This document shows, piece after piece, positions 16,282 through 24,504 of a stretch of DNA of 38,134 bases. Origin of the DNA: a virus. The notes below the pieces were generated by a model, which was not told the origin of the DNA, did no database searches, and saw nothing but the letters and a program-made list of their open reading frames with translations. The stretch's first letter is position 1; the number at the start of each line of letters is the position of its first letter. A program made the position numbers and the translations under genes. Location of the stretch: the IMG/VR virus record IMGVR_UViG_3300025288_000050, positions 1 to 38,134 of that record. One strand, 5' to 3'.

Positions 16282-16911
16282 TTAAGAAGTTAAACTTTTT
16301 TCAACCGACCAACCACTGTTTAACCTGTCCCAGATTAACTTATAACTGATGTTTAGCTGTCTTGCCCATTGGGAAATGGTCTGAGTTCTATTTTTATAAG
16401 TTATTAAACGATTATTACTCTTATTATTGGCTTGTTGTTGAGTAGTAGCCCAACAACAATTTGCTGGCGAGTAATTTTTCTCATTTTCAATTCGATCTAT
16501 GCTAGTTGTCTTGTTGTTTTTCTTATGGAATAAATAACTTTGATACATATCATTCCTAAAATTCTCAAATTTCAACCATCTTTTACAGACTGTAATTCCC
16601 CGACCGCCGTAATATTTATATTGAGGATAATTTTTATTTGTGCAACGAGAAATCATATTTCTCCAGTTTTTATAGAATGCCGTGCTAGTCATCCTGTGGG
16701 TCGAGTTCCTTTTAGAAGCTAGTTCTTTTGCCAAGCAACCGCAACTTCTAGTCCCGTTGGAGCCCTTTAGACTGCTTCCACGGATTACTTTTTCCTTTCC
16801 GCATTCACACAAGCAGAGCCAATACAATTTTTCCCCTTTATTTTTTACTCTTTTCTTAACTAACAATCTACCGAATCGTTTACCATCCAAGGAAATAATT
16901 TTATTTGGCAT
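16282..16911 (-). CDS. HNH-type (homing) endonuclease with C-terminal HTH-like tail
   Basis: GRLLVKKRV...WLCLCECGKEKVIRGSSL...SCGC, YGGRGITVCKRW and SIDRIENEKNYSPANCCWATTQQQANN are the recurrent phage HNH_3-like pattern. Ends with ISQWARQLNISYKLIWDRLNSGWS. Confidence 0.65.
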   Translation of the reverse strand: MPNKIISLDGKRFGRLLVKKRVKNKGEKLYWLCLCECGKEKVIRGSSLKGSNGTRSCGCLAKELASKRNSTHRMTSTAFYKNWRNMISRCTNKNYPQYKYYGGRGITVCKRWLKFENFRNDMYQSYLFHKKNNKTTSIDRIENEKNYSPANCCWATTQQQANNKSNNRLITYKNRTQTISQWARQLNISYKLIWDRLNSGWSVEKSLTS

Positions 16912-16915
16912 AAAA

Positions 16916-17143
16916 TTATTTTATAAAACCTAGATAAATAGGGATTGCTAATACCAAAAATCCTATCACCGCCTGTCCTGCTACGCGCCATCTGCTATTT
17001 TTAATCACTTGGCCGTTAAGCTGTTTCAAGTGAGCATTGACCTGAAGATGAGCCTCAGTATTAGTTTCAAACTGAAGTTTGACTAAAGCGTGCAAACTCT
17101 CAATCCGCTCACAGAGGACTTCGTTTGTTATCCTCGAAGACAT
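16916..17143 (-). CDS. Coiled-coil, C-tail-anchored membrane protein (XhlA-like)
   Basis: 75 aa. Helical N-terminal part and C-terminal TM segment AVIGFLVLAIPIYLGFI, an architecture like the PBSX XhlA lysis-cassette protein. Confidence 0.4.
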   Translation of the reverse strand: MSSRITNEVLCERIESLHALVKLQFETNTEAHLQVNAHLKQLNGQVIKNSRWRVAGQAVIGFLVLAIPIYLGFIK

Positions 17144-17144
17144 A

Positions 17145-18335
17145 TCAAATTATCAGAATCGAATTTTTATGATTCACAAAAATTGATTTTCCTCCTGGAG
17201 TAGAGGGAGGAGTTAATTCAACCGTAAAGGTCTGGACGAAACCGTCAGAATTAACATCAGTCCAGAAACATACATAATGTCCTGCATCTATTTTTACTGA
17301 GCTTAAATCTGTAGCTTGAGTAGTATCAAACTCAAGGGAAGCAGTTGTTGTTGTAATAGCCCAAGTTGAAGTATCTATTGTGAAAACCTGAACATACCCG
17401 TAGAAACTATTTCCAGAGAAGAAATTTATAAAATGATTATCGTCTATTTGCTGACAAGAATGTCTATATCCATTGACGGTATCAAATTCTAATGCACTTG
17501 AAGCAGTAGAAATCGCCCAAGTTGATGTATTTATCGTAACGACTTGAACAAAACCATCACCAGCAGCTCCTTGATAAAATATAACAGCATGATTTGAATC
17601 AATCATTTCAACTGAATTACCACCACCACCGGAACCTACCGCTCCAATTTGAAATTTTGCCTGTGCAGTAGAAATCGCCCAAGTTGAAGTATTAACAACC
17701 ATAACTTGCGTTTGCAAACCTGTCCCTGAAAGTGCCCAGACAGCAAGAATGTGGTTACTATCAATTTGAACACAGGAACTATGTGGAGAATTTAGGGTAG
17801 TTTCAATAGTCAACAATGAACCTGAAGTAGTGACTGCCCAAGTTGAAGTGTTGACTGCAAGAATAATCACATCGAGCTCTGAGCTAGGACCGCCACCGAA
17901 CATACTCAAAAAATGGTTGGCATCAACTCCAACTATTGCATTTACCTCTGGTTCATGGGTAACAGTTGTCGTATCATAAACAAAAGATGAATTTGATGTA
18001 GTAACTGCCCAAGTGGTTGTATTTACTTCAAAGACCTGCGCTCTTGCACTGTTAGTATTACACCAATTTGAAATAAAATGATTTGAATCAATTTGTGCAA
18101 GACCTAATTTCAAACTATTTGTCGTCTGAATACCGACTAAAGCTGTTCCAACAGTAGTAACCGCCCAAGTCGAAGTATTCACTGCAAAAACTTGTAAAAC
18201 AGAATTATTTGCAGTTGCCCCAATAAATGAGTTAACAAAATGATTGGTGTCAATATTGACCGATGAATTGTAAGATCCATTAACGGTATCAAACTCCAAG
18301 CTAGTGGCGGCAGTTGTTACATCATAGGTTGCCAT
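17145..18335 (-). CDS. Seven-repeat beta-propeller-like virion protein
   Basis: 396 aa. About 50-aa repeats, each with an (I/V)D(S/T/A)NH(F/I) block and then QVF-VNTSTWA(V/I)TT. Six clear copies plus one degenerate copy. Confidence 0.6.
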   Translation of the reverse strand: MATYDVTTAATSLEFDTVNGSYNSSVNIDTNHFVNSFIGATANNSVLQVFAVNTSTWAVTTVGTALVGIQTTNSLKLGLAQIDSNHFISNWCNTNSARAQVFEVNTTTWAVTTSNSSFVYDTTTVTHEPEVNAIVGVDANHFLSMFGGGPSSELDVIILAVNTSTWAVTTSGSLLTIETTLNSPHSSCVQIDSNHILAVWALSGTGLQTQVMVVNTSTWAISTAQAKFQIGAVGSGGGGNSVEMIDSNHAVIFYQGAAGDGFVQVVTINTSTWAISTASSALEFDTVNGYRHSCQQIDDNHFINFFSGNSFYGYVQVFTIDTSTWAITTTTASLEFDTTQATDLSSVKIDAGHYVCFWTDVNSDGFVQTFTVELTPPSTPGGKSIFVNHKNSILII

Positions 18336-18990
18336 ACGGATTCCATTTAATCGCCTTCATTTGCGTGAAGTGAATTGGCTTAATGCGTTCGTCCAACCAA
18401 ATTTCAAAGCCGAGATCAACGGCTCGCTCGCAAAACTCAGCGTCCTCGCTCATTGTCCGCCGTTGGCCGTCAACAGTGACATCGCCAAACTCAAACATTA
18501 AGTCCTGATGTTTTTTATTCATCGCCTCCAACACCTTCCGTTTAATCAGCATACAGCCGGTTCCACCTGCATCAATTTTGTGCAAAGGCCCTTCGTCTTT
18601 GAAGGAAACAATGTTCTTATAAATTCTAAGATAATTCTTTTTGATTTTTTTCTTCTCCGAGTAGAAGGCGCAAAGCGAGTAGTTTCCATCGGGATCGGGG
18701 TTTCTGGCTAAAATCGGGGCAATCACTATGTCCTTATCGTCCTCAATGAATTGGGCAAGTGTTTCAGGCGGAACAGGATTATCGTCATCAACCATAAAGA
18801 CATAATCAAATCCGCCCTTTAACGCTTCCATCGCAATTCCATTTCGGCATTTATCAACCCTTTGACGAACAACAGGCAAGAAAGCACAAGGGAACGGTTT
18901 ATGCAGTTGCAGTAAAGACTGAACCATCTCGACTGGAACTTGACCGCTGCCATTTGGCATTCCGATAAGTATTTTCTTGCTATCTGCCAT
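18322..18990 (-). CDS. GT-A fold glycosyltransferase
   Basis: FDYVFMVDDDNPV (DxD) and MSEDAEFCERAVDLGFEIWLD motifs. 222 aa. Confidence 0.65.
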   Translation of the reverse strand: MADSKKILIGMPNGSGQVPVEMVQSLLQLHKPFPCAFLPVVRQRVDKCRNGIAMEALKGGFDYVFMVDDDNPVPPETLAQFIEDDKDIVIAPILARNPDPDGNYSLCAFYSEKKKIKKNYLRIYKNIVSFKDEGPLHKIDAGGTGCMLIKRKVLEAMNKKHQDLMFEFGDVTVDGQRRTMSEDAEFCERAVDLGFEIWLDERIKPIHFTQMKAIKWNPYGNL

Positions 18991-18992
18991 AA

Positions 18993-20198
18993 CTAAGTCA
19001 GATAAGTGTAACGAACGCCATCACCGTTTACTGTCGAATCGATATAAGCCGTAGCTAGGTTGGTGATTTCAAGTTCCACGGCTTCACCGGCGGCTAAGAG
19101 CACACCCGTTCCAGTTGCTTCAGTTGCATCGACACCCGAAGCTCCGATAGCAATCAAACCCGTGTTATCAGTTTGAGCTTGAATAATAACTTTCTTACAA
19201 GCCGTCGAACTAGCTAAAACCACGTCAGTGCCGGCAGTCGTTACTGTCGTGACGCCGTGACCAATTCCAGTTGGAATAGCCACAGCGGTCGAAATTGCAC
19301 TTGAATTCGTTTCAGTAATCGCACCGGAGGAAACAACTACTGCTCCTGTGTTGCAGGCTGTAATCTTTCCATCAATCGAGGTCGTGTCCCCGGCAATCGT
19401 CGCTAAGTTGCCGGCTTCCGTAGCAAGGCCGGTCGTATTACAAGCTGTAATTTTCGTGTCGAGCGAGGTTGTATCTCCAGCAATCGTTGCCAAGTTGCCG
19501 GCTTCCGTAGCAAGGCCGGTCGTATTACAAGCTGTAATTTTCGTGTCGAGCGAGGTTGTATCTCCAGCAATCGTTGCCAAGTTGCCGGCTTCCGTAGCAA
19601 GGCCGGTCGTATTACAAGCTGTAATTTTCGTGTCGAGCGAGGTTGTATCTCCAGCAATCGTTGCCAAGTTGCCGGCTTCCGTAGCAAGGCCGGTCGTATT
19701 ACAAGCTGTAATTTTCGTGTCGAGCGAGGTTGTATCTCCAGCAATCGTTGCCAAGTTGCCGGCTTCCGTAGCAAGGCCGGTCGTATTACAAGCTGTAATT
19801 TTCGTGTCGAGCGAGGTTGTATCTCCAGCAATCGTTGCCAAGTTGCCGGCTTCCGTAGCAAGGCCGGTCGTATTACAAGCTGTAATTTTCGTGTCGAGCG
19901 AGGTTGTATCTCCAGCAATCGTTGCCAAGTTGCCGGCTTCAGTCGCTGCTCCAGTCGGGAGAGCCGAAGCTTGAACATCAACATAAAGTCCGTTAGCTCC
20001 AACAGTAGCTCGCGTATCATCAGTTGCGTTTTTAATTTCAACTGCTCCAATTTCAATGTCACCAGCGGAAAGGGTGAATGAACCGTCAGCATAAACATGC
20101 TGACGTCCGTACTCGTCAATGTACAAATCAACTTCCTGACCGTCAGCCACCGCAGAGGGGGTAGAGGTTTTAGCTCGAAGATCTAACTTAGTAATCAT
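18993..20198 (-). CDS. Thr/Ala-rich structural protein with seven 29-aa tandem repeats (fibre/decoration candidate)
   Basis: 401 aa. TEAGNLATIAGDTTSLDTKITACNTTGLA x6 identical plus one variant. Heptad-like L/I spacing. Globular N- and C-terminal parts. Confidence 0.7.
   Translation of the reverse strand: MITKLDLRAKTSTPSAVADGQEVDLYIDEYGRQHVYADGSFTLSAGDIEIGAVEIKNATDDTRATVGANGLYVDVQASALPTGAATEAGNLATIAGDTTSLDTKITACNTTGLATEAGNLATIAGDTTSLDTKITACNTTGLATEAGNLATIAGDTTSLDTKITACNTTGLATEAGNLATIAGDTTSLDTKITACNTTGLATEAGNLATIAGDTTSLDTKITACNTTGLATEAGNLATIAGDTTSLDTKITACNTTGLATEAGNLATIAGDTTSIDGKITACNTGAVVVSSGAITETNSSAISTAVAIPTGIGHGVTTVTTAGTDVVLASSTACKKVIIQAQTDNTGLIAIGASGVDATEATGTGVLLAAGEAVELEITNLATAYIDSTVNGDGVRYTYLT
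19349..19945. repeat. 87-bp tandem repeat array, six nucleotide-identical units (19408-19929) plus diverged flanking partial units
   Basis: ccggcttccgtagcaagg recurs at 19411, 19498, 19585, 19672, 19759 and 19846 (exact period 87). The units are identical by eye. Confidence 0.95.
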
Positions 20199-20199
20199 A

Positions 20200-22509
20200 T
20201 TAGTTTAAAAACTTATTAAAATTTTCTTGCCATTTTGAGGCTACGTTTTCCCAGGAAAAAACCTTGGCATCCTCTCTAATTTTGTCCCGAGACATTAAAC
20301 GGGCATCGGCGAGAGAAGAGATAAATTCCTCCTGAGCTTTTTTGTTAGAATAAAAATCCCTATAGTCTAATTTTACACCATTTCGGACCGTCTCGTCCAA
20401 CGCACCAAAGGTGGTACAAACTGGAATTGCCCCTAGAGCCTGCGCTTTCATCGCTGAGATGCAAGAGATCTCAGGGAACTCGGTTGGATAAACCCAGAGA
20501 TCGGAAGAAGCTGTCTCTTTTGCTATCTCTTTATGACCAATTCTCCCGCCTTCATGTACCCCTTCCTGCTTCAAAAGCTCCTTGATACTGGCTTTATACG
20601 CCATGCGCTCAGGATTATTAGAATGAGCAGCGTCGTAAGTTTGCCAACCATAATACCAGTACAGCTCCGCTTGGGGATAACTTTTCCTTATCTCTGGCCA
20701 CAGCTCTAAAAGAGTTTTAATCCCGCGTTCAGGGGCCGAAGTATTAATAAGTTTCCATGGGACTCTTTCAACCCTCTGATCCATATCAGGCCAGTGAAGA
20801 CCGTTAGCTGAATAGAGAATTTTTTCTTCGGGAATAGATGGAAATAAAGAACGATGAAACTTAGAAAGCACGATTACCTTGTCCAATTTACTTAATATTT
20901 CAGGAGTAAATTCCGCGTCCGAAATTGCATCGTGCATCCAAAGATATTTAACCTTCGCCTTCAACTGAACGATTTTAAACAACCGCGGTTGCCGCCAACC
21001 GATAAAAACATCAATTGCGTCGTCAGGATTAAACGCCCACCAGGGTTTGTAAATTACCCCCTCATAATCTTTCTCTTCGGGAACAGAATTGTAGACTTCA
21101 ACATTCCACCCTAAGTTCCTCAGTTCCCGTGCCATATGGATTACCGCCTCCTCCGACCCGCCAATGCCGGAGAGTAGCGAATCCGGATTCCAATCCTCGA
21201 CACAGTTTCCACAAAAAATTACTACATCCTTTCCGGTCGACTCCTTCTTCGCCGTAACACTGGAACGCATTTTAATTATTGAAGGGTTACCTTGAATCTT
21301 TTTAGGGATTAATTTAATAAACTCCTTCAACGATTCCTCTCCCCCCTCAGTTTTTATTAAAGCACCGATGGACAAAAAAGACTCAGCCATTTTTCGTTCC
21401 TCTATCATGTCGCCAAAAATCTCCAAACTTTTTTCAACATTTTTATCGCCAGGCATTATCTCCTGACATTTCTGAAAACATTCATATGCCTTGTCAACAT
21501 ACACATCCCCTTCTCCAGCCGCCGCTAGGTTGGCATAGGTGTGCCCCAAGAACCACCAGGGGTTAAACTCATACTCAGCGGGATTATAAACGACAGCTTT
21601 CTTGGAAACACCTTTTATAAAAGATAGCTTAAACCAGTGCTCGGCTTTATGAAATTTTTCCATCATCAGGTATGTTTGTCCGAGAGAAAGGTAAGCGTCC
21701 TTAATTTGCGGATCAATGGATAAGGTTTGAAATCCGTATTCTAACGCCTTGTCTAAATTTCCCAACATCCGATAACAATAAGAGATACGATTCAAAGCCA
21801 CATAAATCTCTTCGTCCCATCCTGAACGGCCGACAAATTCAGAAAAACTTTCAATCGCATCCTCATAACGAGTTAGTCCCAAACACGCATTACCTAAAGA
21901 TAATAAGTTTCGCGGATCAGTTTTCTCTATCCCCTCCTTCTCGATCCAACTGGTAATAATGTCGTAGTTTCGATGAGCTGACTTTTCATTTCCATCATCA
22001 GTTTTGTCGTGGTTGATTTCAAATTTATCAGTCACCCGGATATCAACCTCTCGAATATTAATGATTGCTTCGTGCAAAACACCCTGCCACTTAAACGCTC
22101 CATTATTTTTTAATAGTCGTTCTTTAAGATGTCTGGTGGTACAGAGTCCGTGCTCATTAAAAGCATAATTATAAGTCACCCAATAACCATCGATAATCCC
22201 CTTATCATTATCAATTAAATCCAAAACCCCCTCAGGGCTAATCAACAAATCATCAGCGTCGAGCCAAAGTATCCATTCGCCCGTACATTTACTAAAAGAA
22301 AAATTACGAGCCTCTCCAAAATTAAAAGGCTCTAGTTTCAAATCATAAGTTTTTGCTCCGAACTCTTTGGCGATTTCTTTAGTCCTATCTATCGAGCCAG
22401 TATCAACAATTATTAACTCGTCATAAATACCGCTTAACGAATCTAATGTTTTGGCTAAATGCGCTTCCTCATTTTTAACGATCATCGCGACAGATAATTT
22501 TGGACTCAT
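20200..22509 (-). CDS. Three-domain enzyme: N-terminal GT2 (GT-A), central TPR repeats, C-terminal GT4-like (GT-B)
   Basis: GT2: VAMIVKNEE...ELIIVDTGSIDRT...WILWLDADD. TPR: LGNACLGLTRYEDAIESF...YCYRMLGNLDKALEYGFQTLSIDP...LGQTYLMMEKFHKAEHWF. GT4-like: GIGGSEEAV...EFPEISCISAMKAQALGAIPV. Confidence 0.75.
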   Translation of the reverse strand: MSPKLSVAMIVKNEEAHLAKTLDSLSGIYDELIIVDTGSIDRTKEIAKEFGAKTYDLKLEPFNFGEARNFSFSKCTGEWILWLDADDLLISPEGVLDLIDNDKGIIDGYWVTYNYAFNEHGLCTTRHLKERLLKNNGAFKWQGVLHEAIINIREVDIRVTDKFEINHDKTDDGNEKSAHRNYDIITSWIEKEGIEKTDPRNLLSLGNACLGLTRYEDAIESFSEFVGRSGWDEEIYVALNRISYCYRMLGNLDKALEYGFQTLSIDPQIKDAYLSLGQTYLMMEKFHKAEHWFKLSFIKGVSKKAVVYNPAEYEFNPWWFLGHTYANLAAAGEGDVYVDKAYECFQKCQEIMPGDKNVEKSLEIFGDMIEERKMAESFLSIGALIKTEGGEESLKEFIKLIPKKIQGNPSIIKMRSSVTAKKESTGKDVVIFCGNCVEDWNPDSLLSGIGGSEEAVIHMARELRNLGWNVEVYNSVPEEKDYEGVIYKPWWAFNPDDAIDVFIGWRQPRLFKIVQLKAKVKYLWMHDAISDAEFTPEILSKLDKVIVLSKFHRSLFPSIPEEKILYSANGLHWPDMDQRVERVPWKLINTSAPERGIKTLLELWPEIRKSYPQAELYWYYGWQTYDAAHSNNPERMAYKASIKELLKQEGVHEGGRIGHKEIAKETASSDLWVYPTEFPEISCISAMKAQALGAIPVCTTFGALDETVRNGVKLDYRDFYSNKKAQEEFISSLADARLMSRDKIREDAKVFSWENVASKWQENFNKFLN

Positions 22510-22793
22510 AATTTTTTTGCGACTTTAAATATTGGAAACATCTCAAAAAAATCTTTACTCAAATAATCCTCGCGGTGCATCTCCCCTTGAGTAAAGGCGC
22601 GTAAAATAAAATCGAGGCGTGCAGGAATGTTGGCCGAAAATCTAAAAGCCTCTCCCTTCATCGCCCCAAAATCATTGTTTAATTCCGACCGCTTTTCCCG
22701 AATCAACTTCTCCCAAGTGGCCCATTCATCTGGGTAGTGTTCTTTAAAGCGGGCAATAATCAATTTGTACTGCTGATAATCTTTGTCGGTCAT
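22506..22793 (-). CDS. Hypothetical protein (95 aa)
   Basis: ATG 22793 (MTDKDYQQYKLIIARFKEHYPDEW...). The longer track ORF to 23162 overlaps the capsid gene and is rejected. Confidence 0.5.
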   Translation of the reverse strand: MTDKDYQQYKLIIARFKEHYPDEWATWEKLIREKRSELNNDFGAMKGEAFRFSANIPARLDFILRAFTQGEMHREDYLSKDFFEMFPIFKVAKKL

Positions 22794-22812
22794 AAAGATC
22801 GCAGGTTTAATT

Positions 22813-22838
22813 CTGAGGTTATCCGAAGATAACCTCAG
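22813..22838 (-). terminator. 11-bp stem hairpin with a UUCG tetraloop downstream of the capsid gene
   Basis: ctgaggttatc-cgaa-gataacctcag; on the minus-strand RNA the loop is UUCG. It starts 8 nt after the capsid gene stop codon. No U-tract, so an attenuator or stabiliser rather than a strong terminator. Confidence 0.5.
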
Positions 22839-22845
22839 ATAAAAA

Positions 22846-23763
22846 CTACGATGTAAGGTGGAAACCGTTCGCGTAGATGTTGGTCTTCTCATTCTTGTTT
22901 TCAAGAGTAAGTTCACCAATAACTTGCGCGCGTTCCGAGTCACCAACCTTCGCCAAGGGTTCGAGTTTCGGCTGACGCAAGTAAGCAATTGCCCACTTTT
23001 CAGGACGCAAAGCCAAGAAGCGCTGCGTAGCATCAGTGCCGGAAACAAACACGAAGCGGTGCAAGTGCACACGATGGACACCGAAGTCAGAAACGTAAAC
23101 ATCAACAGCATTAACGGCTTCAGCAGTACCAACATCAATGCTGGTGCCCGTGCGACCTGCAAAGCCGGAAATTTTGCGTTTCATCTTAGCACCGACATAA
23201 ATATCGGTCGCGACTTCGCCGTTGCCATTTTCCCAGCAAAGCTGGAAGAGGCCATTCATGATGGTCTCAGAGAAAATAGTTCCGGAAGCCATGGCGGTAG
23301 CGTTGGTGGTAATACCAGCAATAATACCGGCCATTTTAGTTACCGTGCCGGAAGCTCCGGAAACCAGGGTAGAACGGACAAGATCAAATTCAGTAGCATT
23401 CTTCCAGTCTTCCATCGCTTTCATCGCTTCACGCGAAAACGCACGATCGAAACCAAAATGATCCACGGCATTTTGCGTGCCGGAAACACCAAAGGGGATG
23501 GAAACAATCTGCGTTAAGTTAGTGACACGACTCGGAGTCGTGGTCGCAACTAACGAAGCGTCAGCGCCTTCAGCAACAGCCTTGGAAGCAACAGTGCGAA
23601 GGGTATCGGTCAAGGTGGAGTGAACAGTGTTGATAGCACTCGACTTCGGCAAGGAGGACAAGAGACCATCTTCCAAAGCGGAGAGCATTTCAATTTCGGC
23701 TAATACAGATTCCTTACGAGAAGCTGTATCGCTATATGTTCGTTGATAATTATCAACGGCCAT
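22846..23763 (-). CDS. Major capsid protein (HK97 fold, SU10/DUF5309-like)
   Basis: 305 aa. AEGADAS...TPSRVTNLTQIVSIPFGVSGTQNAVDHFG...AMEDWKNATEFDLVRSTLVSG matches the family pattern. Lies directly after the scaffold gene. Confidence 0.85.
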   Translation of the reverse strand: MAVDNYQRTYSDTASRKESVLAEIEMLSALEDGLLSSLPKSSAINTVHSTLTDTLRTVASKAVAEGADASLVATTTPSRVTNLTQIVSIPFGVSGTQNAVDHFGFDRAFSREAMKAMEDWKNATEFDLVRSTLVSGASGTVTKMAGIIAGITTNATAMASGTIFSETIMNGLFQLCWENGNGEVATDIYVGAKMKRKISGFAGRTGTSIDVGTAEAVNAVDVYVSDFGVHRVHLHRFVFVSGTDATQRFLALRPEKWAIAYLRQPKLEPLAKVGDSERAQVIGELTLENKNEKTNIYANGFHLTS

Positions 23764-23768
23764 AGAAA

Positions 23769-24488
23769 TTATTTCTTAAAGAGCTTGGCATGGAGAGCAT
23801 CTTGAATCGCAGCTCGCCTCCGTACTGGATCATGTTCGGAAGAAAAAGATTTAACAGCTTTTTCGTAATCACGATTTTTAGGAGGTTCTTCTGTGGGAGA
23901 TGAGCCATCCCGATAGCTCGGTTTATAAGTTGCTGCTTTCTTTTCAGGGTTTTCCATATTTGACGCAGAGAGCCGATCTACAATTGTTTTAAAGTCGCGG
24001 TTGTAAACTTCACGAACTGTTTTTCCAGTAGCCTTCGCCAGGGCGACTATTTGGTCGATCACCTCGCGGGCTTCCGGCACTTCGTCAAGCAAATCGCGCT
24101 TATCGACAAGTAACCGTAACTCCTTAACTTCATCGCTTCCGCGACGTTCCTGCAGGACAGGAGCATGTTTATCTAAGGTCTTTCTGGACTGTTCCCTAAG
24201 TAAAGCACGGGCTTCGGCTTTAGTGATGTTCTTTTCAGCGCTCAACGCCTCAACGAATTCATCAGCAAGCGAAGCCTTTTCTTGGAGGTCTTCAACATCT
24301 CCAAGTTTCGATTCGAGCTCACGATATGATTTATACAAATCATCCGGAGTCTTAAACCGTTGGTCGCCTACGAACTTTGATTTCCCCTCCTCGGGATCTT
24401 GTTCTTCGGAACCTGACTCTGTTTCCTCGGGATTGCCCGCCGTCGATTCCTCATCAGACACGGATCCCGAAGTCTCTTCGTCTACCAT
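23769..24488 (-). CDS. Scaffolding protein
   Basis: 239 aa with an acidic, low-complexity N-terminus (EETSGSVSDEESTAGNPEETESGSEEQDPEE) and a helical, charged remainder. Located between the portal and capsid genes. Confidence 0.7.
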   Translation of the reverse strand: MVDEETSGSVSDEESTAGNPEETESGSEEQDPEEGKSKFVGDQRFKTPDDLYKSYRELESKLGDVEDLQEKASLADEFVEALSAEKNITKAEARALLREQSRKTLDKHAPVLQERRGSDEVKELRLLVDKRDLLDEVPEAREVIDQIVALAKATGKTVREVYNRDFKTIVDRLSASNMENPEKKAATYKPSYRDGSSPTEEPPKNRDYEKAVKSFSSEHDPVRRRAAIQDALHAKLFKK

Positions 24489-24504
24489 AATACAATGAAC
24501 TTAT

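Noticed and set aside
19349-19945. The 87-bp repeats as a diversity-generating retroelement template/variable-repeat pair
   Set aside because: The units are tandem and identical rather than a diverged A-to-N pair. No reverse transcriptase gene is present in the genome.
19348-20131. Plus-strand 208-aa and alternate-frame minus-strand 242-aa ORFs across the 87-bp repeats
   Set aside because: Any frame stays open when an 87-bp stop-free unit is repeated. Only the 401-aa frame has sensible non-repeat N- and C-terminal domains and operon coupling.
22794-23162. N-terminal 123-aa extension of track ORF 22506-23162
   Set aside because: It overlaps the 3' third of the major capsid gene in another frame and has an implausible Leu/Cys/Thr-rich sequence. 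The internal ATG 22793, downstream of the capsid hairpin, is used instead.
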